Source of the DNA: an uncultured Bacteroidota bacterium
Lineage (GTDB): Bacteria; Bacteroidota; Bacteroidia; Chitinophagales; LD1
Direction: 5' to 3'
NCBI GenBank assembly: GCA_903861145.1
Contig: CAIOTH010000089.1
Span: 4,792 to 68,791, forward strand
DNA length: 64,000 nt
Shown here: piece by piece, positions 47,427 to 57,834 of the stretch
Layout of the letters: every line of letters starts with the position of its first letter
How positions within the stretch are numbered: position 1 is the stretch's first letter
Notes under the pieces: generated by a model
Database searches by the model: none
What the model was told of the DNA's origin: nothing
What the model saw: the letters and a program-made list of their open reading frames with translations, nothing else
Translations under genes and position numbers: made by a program

Positions 47427-48775
47427 TTGATGTATACCGTTTTGATATTTACAAACTCCATCAAACCATGCTCCGATAACTCCCTTCCAAAGCCGCTGCG
47501 TTTAATACCCCCAAAAGGAATCCGGGCATCTGATTTTACAATATCATTAATAAACACATTTCCCGTTTCAAGTTCTGAAACAAGCTTTTCGGCATTTACT
47601 TTATCAGCCGTCCAGATGGACGCTCCTAATCCATAAACTGAATCATTGGCAGTAGCAATCGCCTCAGCCGCATCCTTCACCACAATCACACTCCACACCG
47701 GTCCAAAAATCTCTTCCTCAAATGCGGTAACTCCTGGCTTAACATTGGTCAATACCACCGGCCTAACAAAATTTCCCTTCCCTGCGGGTATATCCAAACC
47801 ATAATGGGCCACTGCCCCGCTCTTAACCGATTCTTCAACTTGTCTTTTCACCTTATCCGCAAGGTCTACACGAGCCAACGGGCCCAGGTTTATTGTAGCG
47901 TCAAAAGGGTCGCCAACTTTCAGCTTTTTAACTGCTGCTATTAATTTATCGGTAAACGCCTGCGCCACTTGTTCAACAACAATAAACCGCTTTGCCGCAT
48001 TACAACTCTGCCCCGAATTAATACTTCTCGATTTTATTGCTCCCGATATAGCAAAATCCAAATCAGCGTCATGTAGCACAATAAATGCATCGTTGCCACC
48101 CAACTCCATAACGCATTTTTTAATGTGCTTACCCGCTTGCGCCGCAAGTATGCTACCGGTAGCATCGCTACCGGTAAAACTCATACCGCTTATTCTTGGG
48201 TCTGCAATAAGTTTACTAGCATCTTCGTTGGTTAAAAAATAGTTCTTAAAAACACCATCGGGCACTCCGGCTTCAGCAAAAATATCCTCAATCGCCCTTG
48301 AGCATTGAGGCACATTCGGCGAGTGTTTAAGTATTGAAACATTACCCGACATTAATGTCGGTATAGCAAACCTAAACACCTGCCAAAAAGGAAAGTTCCA
48401 TGGCATGATTGAAAAAATAATACCCAACGGCTCAAACCTGATATAGCTTTTAGATGCATTGGTTACTACCATCTCATCCTTTAAAAATCCGGCCGAGTTT
48501 TTAATATAGTAATCAAAACCACTCAGCACTTTACTTATTTCATATTCTGCTTCGCTAATAGGCTTACCCATTTCTAGGGTAATAAGTTCGGCATATTTTC
48601 TTTTGCCCTTCTCCAAAACATCTGCAACACGTTTCATGGCTGTAGCGCGCGCTTCAACTGTTAGCTTTCTCCATTCTTTGTAGGCCCTCAACGAAATATT
48701 CAAATCCGGAAAAGGATCCACCTCAAATTCCTGTACCAGTTCGTTGTTAACCGGGTTTATAGTAGCGTACTTCAT
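47423..48775 (-). CDS. NAD(P)-dependent aldehyde dehydrogenase (succinate-semialdehyde dehydrogenase-like)
   Basis: 'ELGGNDAF' and the catalytic Cys in 'GQSCNAAKRF' are present, along with 'EEIFGPV' and 'GGIKRSGFGRE'. Confidence 0.9.
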   Translation of the reverse strand: MKYATINPVNNELVQEFEVDPFPDLNISLRAYKEWRKLTVEARATAMKRVADVLEKGKRKYAELITLEMGKPISEAEYEISKVLSGFDYYIKNSAGFLKDEMVVTNASKSYIRFEPLGIIFSIMPWNFPFWQVFRFAIPTLMSGNVSILKHSPNVPQCSRAIEDIFAEAGVPDGVFKNYFLTNEDASKLIADPRISGMSFTGSDATGSILAAQAGKHIKKCVMELGGNDAFIVLHDADLDFAISGAIKSRSINSGQSCNAAKRFIVVEQVAQAFTDKLIAAVKKLKVGDPFDATINLGPLARVDLADKVKRQVEESVKSGAVAHYGLDIPAGKGNFVRPVVLTNVKPGVTAFEEEIFGPVWSVIVVKDAAEAIATANDSVYGLGASIWTADKVNAEKLVSELETGNVFINDIVKSDARIPFGGIKRSGFGRELSEHGLMEFVNIKTVYIN

Positions 48776-48823
48776 TCATTCATCATTTCGGTGTTAAAAA
48801 TAACAGCATTCACAACAGATGGT

Positions 48824-51151
48824 TTAAAGATTTACATATTTTACTTTAATCCAAATATCATTATTCCGACCCTTATCATCCGTGCATGAAATTTTTATCC
48901 GGGTATCCTCCGGCGCAAAAAACTCTTTTTTATGCGCATCACTCTTTTTGTAAAACTTGTTGTTTATATACCAATAAACCGTTTTTACATCACTGCTCAC
49001 TTCGCAACTTAATTGCAAAGGCTCAGGCGCCTTTTTATCAATATAATATTCTGTCCCATTTTTAGGTAGTCGTATAGCCGGTCCACCCTCCACTGAAATC
49101 CTATCACACTCGGGGTTATGGGGTGGTATCTTTTCATAGGCAATTCTGTTTTCATCAAAATACGATTGCATATCTGGTGGCACTACCTTATACATTTTCC
49201 TCTTATAGCCACTGGCAGGCATACAGCTTTTGCAATAAGAAATCTTCTCATCCGCCGAAACAGCCACTTCCCGCATGTTCATGCATTTTTGCGAGTTAGA
49301 TACTAATGGAATAAAATAATCCATCACGGTATTATTACAAAAATCATTTGGCACTTTTCCGGTTTCCGAGCAAACTAATCTTAACCCGCACTCCTTTGGC
49401 ATACTATACCATTCGTTAGTCGAGTTATAATCAATAGTGTTGAAAATCTTAAAAAGCAGCGGCGTTGCTATATTGGCCCCGCTCAACTCAGGCACACCCG
49501 TTCCTGAAAAATTGCCAACCCACACGCCTACCGTATACCTCATGTTGTACCCAATACTCCAGGCATCGCGCTTACCATAACTTGTGCCGGTCTTCCATGC
49601 AATACGTGGCAAGTGCATACTACTCCCCCAGCTAACCGGCAAATCAGGTCGGGTAATTTTCGATAATATCTCAGTAATCATAAAATCGGCTGACGGCGAA
49701 AGAATCCTCTTGCTGCTTTGTAAAGAATCCTTTTTTGTATCGCGTGTTGCAACAATATAATTGGGCTTTACAAACAGCCCTCCATTCGCCATGGCACTGT
49801 ATAACCCGGTCATTTCCTCAAGCGTTACACCACAGCCACCTAGTATCATCGAAAGCCCCAATTTCCTTTCATCCTTTTTAATCTGCCTGAAATTGCAATC
49901 AATCAATTTATCAATCATTTTATCCGTCCCTAATTCGTTCAACGATTTAACTGCTGGTATGTTTAACGAATTTTCAAGCGAATATTCCATTGTCACAAAT
50001 CCATTAAACTGCCTATCAAAATTTTCCGGCTGAAATCCATTTATGTTTATAGGCACATCTGTTATAATCGATTTTGGGGTCAATATCCCGTTATCAATAC
50101 AAAGCCCATACATCAGGGGTTTAAGTGCACTACCGGGCTGCCGTACAGCATCAGCACCATTTACCTGCCCCCCATCCGATTTATCATTAAAATCTGCCGA
50201 GCCTATATAGGCTATTACATTATGCGTCTTATTATCAATCACCACTACCGACGCGTTATGAATGTTATATGAGCTCAAACCACGCGTATATTCGCCAACC
50301 AAATTTTCCAGTTTCATTTGGGTGTTCATCTGTAAATTGGTGCGTATTATGTCCTGCTTAGCGGTGCGTTTAAGTTTATGCGCTAGGTGCTGCACCAAAT
50401 TGGGGGCATCACTCCTTTTGGCATCTAACGGTTCTAGTAACGCGTCACTTATTTCCTTCTGCTTAAAAAGTCTATCAGCGGCAAATCGTTTAAGCCATTT
50501 GTTTCTTTCCTTCACAATTAAATCGTTGTGCATCCCCAGCCTTAACGATGAAGGTCTATTAGGGATGATAGACAATGCCGTAACCTCCGCCAGAGACAAC
50601 CGGTCAGGATTCTTTTTAAAATAAAGAATAGAGACGCTTTTTACCCCCTCAACATTACTGCCATAGGGAACCAGGTTAAAATACAATTGAAGAATTTCAT
50701 CCTTACTATACTTCCACTCCAACTGAAAAGCCCTGAAAATCTCCCAAATTTTATTGAAGTAGGTCCGCCCTTTGGGCTCAAGCATCCGTGCCACCTGCAT
50801 AGTAATGGTAGAGGCTCCCGAAGTACGTTTTAAGTGGAGAGTATTCATTGCGGCAGCTCTTCCTATTGCAAAAGGATTGATACCTGGATGGTAATAAAAA
50901 AACTTATCCTCTTTATAAATTAGCGTTTTTTTTAGGGTCGGCGATATTTCACCTAATTCCGTCTTCATCCTCCACTGCTGGTCACGGGTTAAAAAGGCAT
51001 GTATTACTTCGCCTTTACTATCCAACATAATGGTAGAATACTCAATATTATCAGGCAAAGGGAATAGCCGATTCATTAGCACGAACAGCAAAAACAAGCC
51101 TGCTGATACAATTACAAACCACTTTAAATATTTGAGAAAACGGGCTTTCAC
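48824..51151 (-). CDS. pbpC: penicillin-binding protein 1C (bifunctional transglycosylase/transpeptidase)
   Basis: GT51 blocks 'EDKFFYYHPGINP' and 'GASTITMQ' are present, with transpeptidase 'GSALKP' and 'KTGTS'. The C-terminal PBP1C-type beta domain and the 775-aa length also fit. Confidence 0.9.
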   Translation of the reverse strand: MKARFLKYLKWFVIVSAGLFLLFVLMNRLFPLPDNIEYSTIMLDSKGEVIHAFLTRDQQWRMKTELGEISPTLKKTLIYKEDKFFYYHPGINPFAIGRAAAMNTLHLKRTSGASTITMQVARMLEPKGRTYFNKIWEIFRAFQLEWKYSKDEILQLYFNLVPYGSNVEGVKSVSILYFKKNPDRLSLAEVTALSIIPNRPSSLRLGMHNDLIVKERNKWLKRFAADRLFKQKEISDALLEPLDAKRSDAPNLVQHLAHKLKRTAKQDIIRTNLQMNTQMKLENLVGEYTRGLSSYNIHNASVVVIDNKTHNVIAYIGSADFNDKSDGGQVNGADAVRQPGSALKPLMYGLCIDNGILTPKSIITDVPININGFQPENFDRQFNGFVTMEYSLENSLNIPAVKSLNELGTDKMIDKLIDCNFRQIKKDERKLGLSMILGGCGVTLEEMTGLYSAMANGGLFVKPNYIVATRDTKKDSLQSSKRILSPSADFMITEILSKITRPDLPVSWGSSMHLPRIAWKTGTSYGKRDAWSIGYNMRYTVGVWVGNFSGTGVPELSGANIATPLLFKIFNTIDYNSTNEWYSMPKECGLRLVCSETGKVPNDFCNNTVMDYFIPLVSNSQKCMNMREVAVSADEKISYCKSCMPASGYKRKMYKVVPPDMQSYFDENRIAYEKIPPHNPECDRISVEGGPAIRLPKNGTEYYIDKKAPEPLQLSCEVSSDVKTVYWYINNKFYKKSDAHKKEFFAPEDTRIKISCTDDKGRNNDIWIKVKYVNL

Positions 51152-51230
51152 TGAAGATTATAAATAGAACGCAAATCTGTGCTATTAGTATGAATTTGAA
51201 AGCTAATTATTTTAATGGCTCAGTTGTTTT

Positions 51231-51467
51231 TCATCTGCTAATCGGCTTATAAACCCATTTATCCGATGCAGGATATTTCAGACCCATGGCTTCAGGTCTA
51301 ATCGGCCTTCGTTCAAATCCCCCGCCACAATTAGGACATTTATTGCGCAAAACATTTTCAGTGCATTCTTTACAAAAAGTGCATTCAAAACTGCAAATCA
51401 TTGCTTCGGTAGAATTATAGGGCAAATCCTTACCGCAGTTTTCGCAACATGGCCTCAACTCAAGCAT
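51231..51467 (-). CDS. DUF1272 zinc-ribbon protein
   Basis: 'MLELRPCCENCGKDLP...ICSFECTFCKEC...CPNCGG' is the typical DUF1272 pattern. 78 aa. Confidence 0.8.
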   Translation of the reverse strand: MLELRPCCENCGKDLPYNSTEAMICSFECTFCKECTENVLRNKCPNCGGGFERRPIRPEAMGLKYPASDKWVYKPISR

Positions 51468-51542
51468 ATTTCAAATATAATACTCTCGGGCTTCCTAATT
51501 GCATGGAGGTAATGACTAATCGCACGACCACAAAGCAGCCCT

Positions 51543-52916
51543 TTAAGGTTTCTTACCCAAAAACTTCTTTCCGCCACTATTACTTTTCTGCGAAAACTTG
51601 TTGTTTCCTGAACCTGCTGGTGGCGAACCACCACCTTCAGTTTTTTTAGCCTTATTAGCCCAGTGAGATCCTCCCGTATTGGCGGGCAAACTACTGCTCT
51701 TATTGCCATGTTTATGCGACGATGGTTTCTTACGAACTTCCTTTTTAGGGGCCTCATAATTGCTATGCAGCTCACTTTGGCTCATAGGGTATGGATGTGA
51801 ATCATTAACCGGCAACTGCTTACCAATAAGCTTTTGTATATCCTTTAAATATGCCTTTTCCTCTCCATCACAAAACGACATCGCTACTCCGCTTAAACCC
51901 GCACGTCCTGTCCGGCCAATCCTGTGAACGTAGGTTTCAGGAACGTTCGGCAACTCATAATTTATAACGTGCGAAAGGCTATCAACATCTATCCCTCGCG
52001 CTGCAATATCTGTAGCAATCAACACCCTTATTTGCCTATTCTTAAACCCGTTTAACGCGTTTTGCCTTGCATTTTGAGACTTATTGCCATGTATAGCCGC
52101 AGTACTAACTCCGGCCTTTACCAGTTCCTTAGTAATTCTATCCGCTACGTGCTTGGTGCGCGTAAATACCAGGGCGCTTTCAATAGCTTTATCTTTCAAC
52201 AAATGTATCAGCAGGTTCTTCTTATCTCCTTTTGATACATAATAAACCGATTGCTGTATCGCATCAACTGTCGATGATACTGGAGTTACTTCCACATTAA
52301 CCGGCTCAAATAAAATGCTGTCTGCCAGCATTAAAATAACAGGCGGCATAGTAGCGGAGAAGAACAGAGTCTGTCTCTTAACCGGCAGTTTGGATATTAC
52401 CTTCTTTACGTCGTTAATAAAACCCATGTCCAGCATGCGGTCTGCCTCATCCAACACAAACATTTTTACGTGTTGCAGATGCACAAAGCGTTGGTTCATT
52501 AAATCAAGCAATCTTCCTGGAGTAGCTATTAAAATATCCACTCCGCGCTTCAAAGCCTCTGTTTGCGAATGCTGTGATACACCGCCATAAATTACGGTAT
52601 GGCGCATGCCCGTATGTTTACCATAGGCGGTAAAGCTTTCCCCAATCTGAACAGCTAACTCGCGCGTTGGCGTTAATATTAACGACCTTATCGGCCTATG
52701 GCTATTATCTTGCTTCTGATCGGCGCTTAAAATCTGTAGGATTGGAATAGCAAATGCAGCCGTTTTTCCAGTACCAGTTTGGGCACAGCCTAATAAATCC
52801 CGGCCCTTTAATACTATAGGGATAGCTTCTTCTTGAATCGGTGTAGGTTTAGTATAACCCTCGGTTTTTAAGGCCCTGAGGATAGGCTCTATAAGATTTA
52901 AATTTTCGAATGACAT
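51543..52916 (-). CDS. DEAD-box ATP-dependent RNA helicase
   Basis: 'AQTGTGKT', 'PTRELA', 'VLDEADRMLDMGF', 'SAT' and 'HRIGRTGRAG' are present. It has a basic Gly/Lys-rich C-terminal tail. Confidence 0.95.
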   Translation of the reverse strand: MSFENLNLIEPILRALKTEGYTKPTPIQEEAIPIVLKGRDLLGCAQTGTGKTAAFAIPILQILSADQKQDNSHRPIRSLILTPTRELAVQIGESFTAYGKHTGMRHTVIYGGVSQHSQTEALKRGVDILIATPGRLLDLMNQRFVHLQHVKMFVLDEADRMLDMGFINDVKKVISKLPVKRQTLFFSATMPPVILMLADSILFEPVNVEVTPVSSTVDAIQQSVYYVSKGDKKNLLIHLLKDKAIESALVFTRTKHVADRITKELVKAGVSTAAIHGNKSQNARQNALNGFKNRQIRVLIATDIAARGIDVDSLSHVINYELPNVPETYVHRIGRTGRAGLSGVAMSFCDGEEKAYLKDIQKLIGKQLPVNDSHPYPMSQSELHSNYEAPKKEVRKKPSSHKHGNKSSSLPANTGGSHWANKAKKTEGGGSPPAGSGNNKFSQKSNSGGKKFLGKKP

Positions 52917-53100
52917 GTTATTTGTTTACCCGGTTGTATTGAAAATGCAAATGATAAGATATCAATTGACCGGTGAGATTTTAGATTTTGTTTATTTGCA
53001 CACAGCGCTGACGGAAGGCGGGAGTGAATGCTATTTTATACTACAAAGATATTAAAAAATGTGAGAATTCGGAGTAAATACCGTTTTACAGCAATTCAAT

Positions 53101-53108
53101 TAAATTTG
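53101..53108 (+). promoter_or_regulatory. candidate -7 box (TAnnTTTG) for the DUF1573-ruvX unit
   Basis: TAAATTTG lies 24 nt upstream of the ATG at 53133. Confidence 0.35.
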
Positions 53109-53132
53109 CCGGGTTAAAATAATGCAGTCGGT

Positions 53133-53705
53133 ATGAGTAGTAAAATAAGTGCAGCAGTAATTGTTATCCTTCTGGCCGTTTCGGGCTATTTTATTTTTCA
53201 GAACGTTCAGTTAAAGAAGCATCTTAACGAGCAGGAAAGTGCTAGTGAGTTAAAGAAAATTGCCCCAAAGGAGCCCGAAACCAAACCGGCAAATCCCGAT
53301 GGCGTAAGCCCGTTTGATAAACCAAATGTTGACCCTGTAGCCAGCGAATTTAAGACTCAACCAAACTACACCGATAGCCTGCCGGTAACTATTCTGAAAT
53401 TTGAAAAGACAGTTTATGACTTTGGGCGAATTACCGAAGGCGATATTGTAAAAACACAGTTTAAGTTTACAAATGCAGGTAATAAGGTTTTGCTCATTAT
53501 CCATGCGCAGGCATCATGTGGCTGCACGGTTCCAACAACACCCAAAGACCCAATTAAACCTGGCGAATCGGGCGTTATAGATGTGCAATTTAACAGCGTA
53601 GGTAAAAAGGGCGAAACAACAAAAACCGTTACCATTCAGGCTAACACCAAACCTATCGAATCCGTGTTGCTTATTAAAGCAACCATAGTCCCCCGCAATA
53701 AATAA
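53133..53705 (+). CDS. DUF1573 domain-containing protein
   Basis: It has an N-terminal TM anchor. 'YDFGRI.EGD' and 'ASCGCTVP' are the hallmarks of DUF1573. Confidence 0.85.
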   Translation: MSSKISAAVIVILLAVSGYFIFQNVQLKKHLNEQESASELKKIAPKEPETKPANPDGVSPFDKPNVDPVASEFKTQPNYTDSLPVTILKFEKTVYDFGRITEGDIVKTQFKFTNAGNKVLLIIHAQASCGCTVPTTPKDPIKPGESGVIDVQFNSVGKKGETTKTVTIQANTKPIESVLLIKATIVPRNK

Positions 53706-54121
53706 TGGCGCGTATAATGGCATTTGATTTTGGGCTTAAAAGAATTGGTGTGGCGGTAACCGATCCCCTGCAGATTATTGCCAACAGTCTCGAAACCTTA
53801 CCGCGTAAAGAAATTTTCAACTTCATAAAGCAATACTGCACAAGGGAAGAGGTAGAAGCCTTTGTTGTGGGATATCCATTTAGCCATGGACATGCCGAAA
53901 ACGAAATCACCCGGCACATTGAGGTCTTTATTGCAAAATTGAATGAGCTTTACCCCGATAAAAAAGTGACTAAAATTGATGAAAGCTTTACTTCAAAAAT
54001 TGCCTCACAAACCTTATTTCTAAGTGGCGTAAACCGAAAACAGCGTCACAACAAGGGGAATATCGACGCCATATCGGCCAATATCATTTTGCAATCCTAC
54101 CTCGAAATGAAGAAACTTTAG
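53705..54121 (+). CDS. ruvX: Holliday junction resolvase-like nuclease RuvX/YqgF
   Basis: 'IMAFDFGLKRIGVAVTD' is the canonical YqgF N-terminus. 138 aa. Its start overlaps the previous gene's stop (TAATG). Confidence 0.9.
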   Translation: MARIMAFDFGLKRIGVAVTDPLQIIANSLETLPRKEIFNFIKQYCTREEVEAFVVGYPFSHGHAENEITRHIEVFIAKLNELYPDKKVTKIDESFTSKIASQTLFLSGVNRKQRHNKGNIDAISANIILQSYLEMKKL

Positions 54122-54203
54122 ATTATGCAGATTGTTGTAGGAATGAGATAAAATTTGGAAATTCCGATTCGTAATTCGTATTTAGCGCGCTCAAAAAACA
54201 AAA

Positions 54204-54761
54204 ATGATTCTTCCTATTGTAGCCTATGGCGACCCTATTTTAAGAAAGGTTGGTGCTGAGATAACCAAAGATTATCCCGGTTTGGAAAAGCTTATTGATG
54301 ATATGTATGAAACCATGGTAAAAGCCAAAGGCGTTGGCCTGGCTGCGCCGCAGATAAACAAAAGCATCAAACTATTCATCATTGATTCAACTCGGATGTA
54401 CGATGAAGAGGAAAAGAATGAAGGGCTAAAAGAGGTTTTTATTAACCCCGTTATCACCAAGGAAACCGGTGATGACTGGCCATACGAAGAGGGCTGTTTA
54501 AGTATTCCCTCTATCCGTGAAGATGTTTACCGAAAGGATAAAGTAAAAATCGAGTATTACGACCGCGCGTTTAAGCATCATAAAAGAGAGTTTACCGGTT
54601 TAACTGCTCGTGTTATTCAGCACGAGTACGACCATGTAATTGGTAAACTATTCATTGATCATCTTAAACCTTTGAAAAAGAATTTGCTAAAAGGAAAGTT
54701 GGATAAAATTTCGAAAGGGATAGTAGATGTAGATTATAAAATGAAGTTCCCTAAAGTATAG
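54204..54761 (+). CDS. def: peptide deformylase
   Basis: The three Def motifs are present: 'GVGLAAPQ', 'EGCLSIP' and 'QHEYDH'. Confidence 0.95.
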   Translation: MILPIVAYGDPILRKVGAEITKDYPGLEKLIDDMYETMVKAKGVGLAAPQINKSIKLFIIDSTRMYDEEEKNEGLKEVFINPVITKETGDDWPYEEGCLSIPSIREDVYRKDKVKIEYYDRAFKHHKREFTGLTARVIQHEYDHVIGKLFIDHLKPLKKNLLKGKLDKISKGIVDVDYKMKFPKV

Positions 54762-54796
54762 GTTGAGCCGAGATTGCCATTAACACTCGCAAATAG

Positions 54797-55306
54797 CTAC
54801 TGAACAATCAAATCCTTATCAGCCGGTTGCACGCCTTCATTACCGGTGCTTAGCACAAATTTCCAATTATGGCTACGGTTTCTTTTCCAAATAGTGCAGT
54901 AGGTACCGCCAAAATGGTCTTTACCTTTGGTTTCGATAGTATAAGTACCGTAGGTATACCCAAGTTCGCCTGAATATGCCACATCCGAACTAATTGGCAC
55001 CCACGTTAATTTTGCTGTGTTGTCAGGATATTTACTTAACAGTTGGCCAATAGCATCAATGCCGGTTGTTGGCGAGCTAAATTCCCTTAACATGATGGCC
55101 GAACTGTCCGCATAATGCATAAAAGCAGCATTACGGCCTTTTTCTTCCGATACCTGCGAAAACGCCAAATCAGTTTTCAATAAATCATCCTTCAGCGAAT
55201 CGCGGCGTGCAACTAATTCCTTCTTATCTAACTGATGGCTTGCATGTGTTTGATTGCAACTACAAAAACAGGCGGCGATTGCAACTATGAAAAAGAGACT
55301 CTTCAT
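54797..55306 (-). CDS. SnoaL/DUF4440-like (NTF2-fold) lipoprotein
   Basis: It has a signal/lipobox 'AACFCSC'. Its size and the 'WKRNRSHNWKFV' end are typical of DUF4440-type proteins. This is a weak, pattern-based call. Confidence 0.6.
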   Translation of the reverse strand: MKSLFFIVAIAACFCSCNQTHASHQLDKKELVARRDSLKDDLLKTDLAFSQVSEEKGRNAAFMHYADSSAIMLREFSSPTTGIDAIGQLLSKYPDNTAKLTWVPISSDVAYSGELGYTYGTYTIETKGKDHFGGTYCTIWKRNRSHNWKFVLSTGNEGVQPADKDLIVQ

Positions 55307-55330
55307 AATAATAAATTTTAGTTAAACAGC

Positions 55331-56032
55331 TTACTCACTAATAACCTCAACCGACGGTTCTTTAATTTCAACCACCTCTAGCGATGAATCTTCTACTACA
55401 ATCGGGCCGCCGGTTTTCTTCCTAAAGGTGGTTCGGTAAACGTGGTCCCAAAATTTCGAGCTCACGCCAAAACCGTTATCATGGTCGCTATAATGGTGTA
55501 TCATATGGTGCTGCTTTAAATCCAGCCAAAATTTGCTCTTAAAGTTGGCATGATGCAGGGCATAATGAGTCATATCGTAAAACAGGTAACCAATAACAAA
55601 ACCCGGGAAAAACGCCGCAACATTATCCACTCCCAGTAAAAATTTGAAAGCGTAATAAAAAATAACACAAAGCGGAAGACTGATAGCCGGAACCATTACC
55701 AGGCGCATACTATCACGTGGATAATCATGATGAACCCCGTGAAACAAAAAATTGATTTTAGGTCCGTAGGGTCCTGGTGGCGTCCAATGAAAAACAAAGC
55801 GGTGCATATTGTATTCGGTAAAAGTCCATACGGCAACGCCTAATATCATAAGCGGCACTATGTATAAAATACTTAAGTGGTATACAAAAACAGATTGGTA
55901 CAAAAAGTAAACTACCAGGGGGACATAAATGAAAAGCGGTATTGAAAAATGAACCCTTGAGAAAAAATCAAGAAAGGGTTGATTAAACATCGGGACCGAC
56001 TCATCTTTATTCGACACAAATTGTTTGGCCAT
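55331..56032 (-). CDS. fatty acid hydroxylase / sterol desaturase superfamily membrane protein
   Basis: It has the His boxes 'HRFVFH', 'HGVHHDYP', 'HYALHH' and 'HHMIHHY', with about four TM segments. Confidence 0.85.
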   Translation of the reverse strand: MAKQFVSNKDESVPMFNQPFLDFFSRVHFSIPLFIYVPLVVYFLYQSVFVYHLSILYIVPLMILGVAVWTFTEYNMHRFVFHWTPPGPYGPKINFLFHGVHHDYPRDSMRLVMVPAISLPLCVIFYYAFKFLLGVDNVAAFFPGFVIGYLFYDMTHYALHHANFKSKFWLDLKQHHMIHHYSDHDNGFGVSSKFWDHVYRTTFRKKTGGPIVVEDSSLEVVEIKEPSVEVISE

Positions 56033-56204
56033 AATTTATCAAGATATTTGGTTCCGCCGCGAAGGTAGGCAATTAATAGAAAAGCGGCCTTAAGGATTAA
56101 CATTTCGTAGCAAAACAAGGTATCAGTGCACCTTGCTATTGTATCCTAAAAATCTAATTTACAATACCTTATGTCGCACCTAAAAGTTTTTGCACACTAC
56201 TTAT

Positions 56205-56248
56205 GCATAAAACACAAATGCCGTCCCTTTCCCAGGTTCGGCATTTGT
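56205..56248 (-). terminator. Rho-independent terminator after the 56273..57511 gene
   Basis: A perfect 10-bp stem, ACAAATGCCG (56214-56223) paired with CGGCATTTGT (56239-56248), has a 15-nt loop. On the minus strand it is followed by TGTTTTATGC. Confidence 0.6.
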
Positions 56249-56272
56249 AATTGAGGAGGTAAGTTGGTGGAT

Positions 56273-57511
56273 TTATTTTGCTATAAATACGCGTTTAGTA
56301 GTTACTGATCCGGCATTGTGAATTGAAACCAGGTAATATCCATTGGCCTGGTTATCTAAAGCAATGTTGGTAGTTTGAAAGTTGATAGGTAGCATTTTTA
56401 TGGATTGGCCGAGAAGGTTGAAAATCTGCAACTGTGCGTTATCACTCAATACGGTGCCATTCATATTTACGTTTAAAGTTGTGCCTTCGGTTATAATAGT
56501 AATCTCCTTTTTACCCTGTTCATTTATTCCGGTGGCACCCCCTTGCAAAACCGTAACTGTTGCTTCTGCGGTTGCACTGCACCCTATATCATTGTATGCA
56601 TATAAGTTTACTGTGTAAGTTCCCGGAACCAAATACCGTTGCGTTGGATGAGCAACACCAATTATTAAGGTGCTATCACCAAAATCCCAGTTAAAGTGGT
56701 CGGCGTTACTGGTTAGTGCATCAAAAATAACGTCCTGGTTAACATAAATTTGAGTGGGAGGAACACCAATGGTCGCTACAACAAAATTTCCATTCAGGTA
56801 AAAATTGTTGGCGGCAGTATAATCGTTATAAGTATATACCACCTGGTAGCTTCCTTGTGCCAGGCCGCTAAAAGTTACCGGTCCCGCTACATCATAATAA
56901 GTTTGCAATACATTGTTATTCGAATCAATTAATTGGCATTGATCCCACGTAATGCTCGAGTCCGGCGAAATAGTTATACTACCGCCAGTATTGCTGCAAT
57001 TAGAAGGCAGAGATGTGTATTTAACCGACCTCGATACAAGAATTTGAAATCTGTTAGTGCTGTTATCATCGCTATCTAAATTAACCTGGTAAAAGTTTTC
57101 ACGCAGGTCAATAGTGTCTGCCATCTTATTATCAATTAATCTCACAATTGTTGTAGGATCAAAGTTGCTTAACAGGATTGCGTTAATAGTATAGTTGCCC
57201 GGGTAACCTACGTGATATCCCAAATTAATCTTCTGCGCATCTTGTAAAGTTCCCGCGCCGTTTATAGAGCAGGCCACCTTGTCTAAAGTATAAGAGTAAA
57301 TCTCAGGTATACCGGCAATATTGCTAAACACATAATATGCATCCTGGTGTATGTCGTACGAAGGAACAATGCCCTCATCAAAATAGATCGTAGTCTCATC
57401 CGAGTTTCCGGTAGGCGACAACAATCTAAGTTTTAAAGTCTTTCGCTCTTGGGTGGCAAACAACGCAGTACTAAAAGCAAGTATAAGGAGGGTAATTTTT
57501 AAAGCTTTCAT
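56273..57511 (-). CDS. PKD domain protein with T9SS type A C-terminal sorting domain
   Basis: It has a signal peptide and the PKD signature 'FNWDFGDST...PGTYTVNLYAYN'. The C-terminal 'LQIFNLLGQ...GYYLVSIH' is a T9SS CTD. Confidence 0.85.
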   Translation of the reverse strand: MKALKITLLILAFSTALFATQERKTLKLRLLSPTGNSDETTIYFDEGIVPSYDIHQDAYYVFSNIAGIPEIYSYTLDKVACSINGAGTLQDAQKINLGYHVGYPGNYTINAILLSNFDPTTIVRLIDNKMADTIDLRENFYQVNLDSDDNSTNRFQILVSRSVKYTSLPSNCSNTGGSITISPDSSITWDQCQLIDSNNNVLQTYYDVAGPVTFSGLAQGSYQVVYTYNDYTAANNFYLNGNFVVATIGVPPTQIYVNQDVIFDALTSNADHFNWDFGDSTLIIGVAHPTQRYLVPGTYTVNLYAYNDIGCSATAEATVTVLQGGATGINEQGKKEITIITEGTTLNVNMNGTVLSDNAQLQIFNLLGQSIKMLPINFQTTNIALDNQANGYYLVSIHNAGSVTTKRVFIAK

Positions 57512-57834
57512 TTGCTACAATTTAAATTAAAGTTCATACAGTCTTTGTGTCCGTTTAATCCCGACTTGTTTTGAATTTTCGGGCATAGACTGTTACCCAA
57601 CTATACGCCCTTATTACCGTTAGGTTGCGCCTTAAAACAGATTGAAGGCGCTTGGTTGTTCGATACAACTTTCAGCTTTAATTACCCTTCAAAATGATGT
57701 AAAATTTTAGCGCAAAAAGAGGCTTAACAAGCTGTAAAATGTAGAATTAAATCTGCACGTTTACCAAGGTAAAACAGCAAGCGCTTGGTGCAAAACAAAG
57801 TAGCCGATGTATATGCGGGTAGAAAGACTTTGGA

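Noticed and set aside
48824-51151. pbpC without an adjacent alpha-2-macroglobulin (yfhM-like) gene, its usual partner in Proteobacteria.
   Set aside because: The partner could be elsewhere in the genome. Absence within one window is not evidence, and the association is not universal.
51455-51775. A 106-aa ORF overlapping the 3' end of the DEAD-box helicase gene and the DUF1272 start region.
   Set aside because: It is an alternative frame of the basic Gly/Lys-rich helicase tail. There is no independent support for it.
52917-53132. The 216-bp region upstream of the DEAD-box helicase gene as a cold-shock-type structured 5' UTR.
   Set aside because: The spacer is shared with the divergent DUF1573 gene and its candidate promoter. 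I saw no convincing stems or cold-box-like repeats.
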